NCBI RefSeq assembly: GCF_037042905.1
Contig: NC_087251.1
Coordinates: 34,784,001 to 34,848,000 of the forward strand
Direction: 5' to 3'
Length of the DNA stretch: 64,000 nucleotides
Source of the DNA: Lytechinus pictus
Lineage: Eukaryota
Shown: positions 61,336 through 64,000 of the stretch, one piece after another
How the letters are laid out: every line of letters begins with the position of its first letter
Position numbering within the stretch: the first letter of the stretch is position 1
Translations under genes and position numbers: made by a program
Notes under the pieces: generated by a model
The model's database searches: none
Seen by the model: the letters and a program-made list of their open reading frames with translations, nothing else
Told to the model about the DNA's origin: nothing

Positions 61336-61385
61336 TTAGTTTTGTTTGTGTCACGTGATTTAGTTTTGTTTGTATCACGTGATTT
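61336..61385. promoter_or_regulatory. Tandem 24-bp duplication carrying two TCACGTGA E-boxes in the putative CCSAP promoter
   Basis: TTAGTTTTGTTTGT(G/A)TCACGTGAT occurs twice; the E-boxes are at 61351-61358 and 61375-61382. Confidence 0.5.
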
Positions 61386-61889
61386 AAAGGTACGAGAACG
61401 GCTTGTCAGTCGTGCAGAGGTCCATGCTTGTACCGAAAAGAGAATGGGAAAGGGAATAAAAGAAATATATTATTTTGAATATAATAAAATCAGCCATAAG
61501 AGCGACGTAATGATAAAAAAAGGGCACATCATGATTATTCTGCAGACACAGCCCTTTGCATGGTTTCGCACATGCAGCTATAGTCACAATGCAGAGTCTG
61601 AAAAGTTCAGACAGCTCGAGTTTGAAATCTAGTCCTCGTTGGTCCTCACAGATGTACTCCTAAAGATGGTTTGTCAACATAACTTTGAATACCTGGCTCC
61701 ATTATAAAGCCAGGAAAATACGAGGGCGGTGGGGGTAGCCCCCCCCCCCCCACACACATAAAATTCCCCAAAATAAAAGGGAAAGGAGGAAAAATATATA
61801 TAATATATATATATAAAAAGCGACTGGAAAAACTGAGATAAAACGGTGGCTCTGTGGGTTTCCTTCTAATTTCTAAACAAACATAACGC

Positions 61890-62408
61890 TGCAAATTTCA
61901 TCGAAATCGGATGTAAAATAAGAAAGTTATGACATTTTAAAGTTTCGCTTATTTTTCACAAACAGTTAAATGCACAACTCAGTGATATGCAAATCAGAGA
62001 GTCGATGATGTCCATCACTCTATTTCTTTTGTTTTTGATTGTTTGAATAATACAATATTTCTATTTTACAGATTTGACAATAAGGACCAACTTAACTTAA
62101 CCATAAACTGTTAAAACAATGGTAATTCCACATGTTCAGGGAGAAATTAACCTTTGTTTTACTTGACAAGGAGGAGAAAATTAGAATATTTCGTATTTCC
62201 TATAATAAAATACAAAAGAAATAGTGATTGGGTGACGTCATCAGTCTGCCAATTTGCATACCGACCAGGATGTGCATACATGTAACTGTTTTGTGAAATT
62301 AAGCGAAAATTTTAAAATGTCATAACTTTCTTATTTTACATCCGATTTCGATGAAATTTTTCAAATTTTTTCAAATCAACTTTTTGTTTGGGTGGACTTG
62401 TCCTTTAA
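61890..62408. mobile_element. Kolobok-like MITE fragment; relatives at ~27830-28360, ~29840-30200, ~40370-40700
   Basis: Internal inverted repeat AAATTTCATCGAAATCGGATGTAAAATAAGAAAGTTATGACATTTT and a terminus ending CCTTTAA. Confidence 0.6.
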
Positions 62409-64000
62409 AAACAATGAAAACCCGAACGAGACGTCTTTTTTCTCACCCATCCTCATGATTTTTTCCCGGGATTTTTCCAGCGCTACGGTGCATGGGATAA
62501 CACAATTCGCTCCTGGGACAATGATATTGCTCAGGGCACAATTTCGTCTGAGATGTAGGGCTAGGTTTGCAATAGGGTTTTATGTTAGGGTTATAGGTTT
62601 AGTACTATAGGGTAGGTATTAAACCCAGGTTTGAAGTTGGTCATTCAAATAGTGTGTGGAATAATTTAGAGCGGAGCAATATATTGTCACAGGGGCACGA
62701 ATGTCATGGAACCGAAGATAATTATAATGCCGTTCCTCTTTGTTTCCGACCGTCAATCGCAAGGTCAAACGTATTTAGGATATGTTTTTTTTTCCAAAGC
62801 TTTTTTGTAAGACTATAGCGAAACGTGTTTAGGGTATGTTTTTTCCCCAAAGTTTTTTCCCCGGGGTCATATTCTGGCGACAACTTGTTTAGGGGCCAAA
62901 ATGTGTAAATAAAGCCCGCGAAAAAATTGTTAAGGTTTTTTTTTTGCACACAGAGAAAAACTCGTTTAGGGGGTATTTGGAAATAGTTTGAGAACGCGTG
63001 TGTACAGCAATACATTTGACCCCCCCCCCCCCGGGTTTCCCCATATTATTATACCCAGTTTTGCCCCGCTTCGCATATCGACTATATTTTGGGCATTGAA
63101 ATAGCTAGAAGAAAAACTAGAATTTGGTCGAAGTTATGTGAATGATCTCTATTTAATCATGTGACACAAAATTTTCGCGTTTTTCTCCAACTTACTTCCC
63201 CCATTCTACAGGTCAATACTTTTGGCAAGCAGATTACTCGGTTTTTTTAAGAGGCTAGCATAAAATTCGTGTCGTGTTATATATAAAGAAATATACAAGA
63301 CTTCTATTATCATGATTATATTTGATGAAACGTTTAACGTTATCATCGAGGAAAGAACTATCTTGTATAGCTGTCAGGGTAAGAAAAGATTTTAAAAATA
63401 AAGAAAGAAAAAAAAAAAGAAAGAGGGAGGGAGGGAGGGAGGAAGGAAGGAAGAAAAGAAAGAATTATAATGAAAGAAAGTATAAAGAATCTGAACTAAT
63501 CCGTCGCGTGCTTGAGAAATATGGCGCAGATAAATCAATTTTAATGACGTAATTTGTATTTTAGCGGGTATTTTGGTGAGTGATAGCGCCTGTACTTCGA
63601 TGTGTGTTACGATGATTCTTGACTGTGCTTGTGTTGGGGTGAATGCATGTGTGCTGGGCATGGGGATGTGATTGACTGTGCTGGCGCGACATGTGAATTT
63701 GTGAAATGAGTTGAATTTTCTGGCGAGTTTTCTAACGTCAGCAGGCAATGCATTGAATATCAAAAAAATTATTTCAAGATTGAAAATCATTAATGGGATT
63801 CCAGTAAGTGCCAATTCTGTTCAAATTTGATAAACTTCATTCTTCCTTGGGCTATTCGATTTGATGGACAATTGTAAAAATAAGTTATAGATCTAACAAT
63901 AACAGTTACAAATATTGAAATAATAAACATTATGTGAATAATTAACAATTAATTCAATAATCATTTAACATTTGAACAATTGAACAGTATTAAACATTAT

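Noticed and set aside
63322..63814. 140-aa and 76-aa ORFs at the window end
   Set aside because: They span purine-rich simple repeats and have no recognisable product.

Overview
AT-rich eukaryotic DNA, not prokaryotic. Poly-G/C runs, dense MITEs, a tRNA-type SINE and CR1/L2/Tx1-type LINE remnants suggest an invertebrate deuterostome, probably a sea urchin (inference). Two intact spliced protein-coding genes can be rebuilt by hand. Rab4 (+ strand, 7 coding exons, 33519-41018, 210 aa, ends CSC) and a CCSAP homologue (- strand, 3 coding exons, 56946-52063, 255 aa) lie tail-to-tail, as I recall RAB4A and CCSAP do in human. The left ~29 kb holds no intact ORF I can find but is highly organised. 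It contains a 12-kb-period segmental duplication, three diverged copies of a ~0.5-0.6 kb exon-like block with conserved minus-strand splice sites, and an array of micro-exon-like modules. It also has a ~3.9 kb 52-bp satellite bracketed by strong minus-strand splice signals. My best candidate for an undescribed system is a tandemly duplicated, multi-exon, repeat-exon lncRNA locus, or a decayed mucin-like gene family. Most ORFs in the supplied track are spurious. Transposon family names are motif-based and were not checked against a database.
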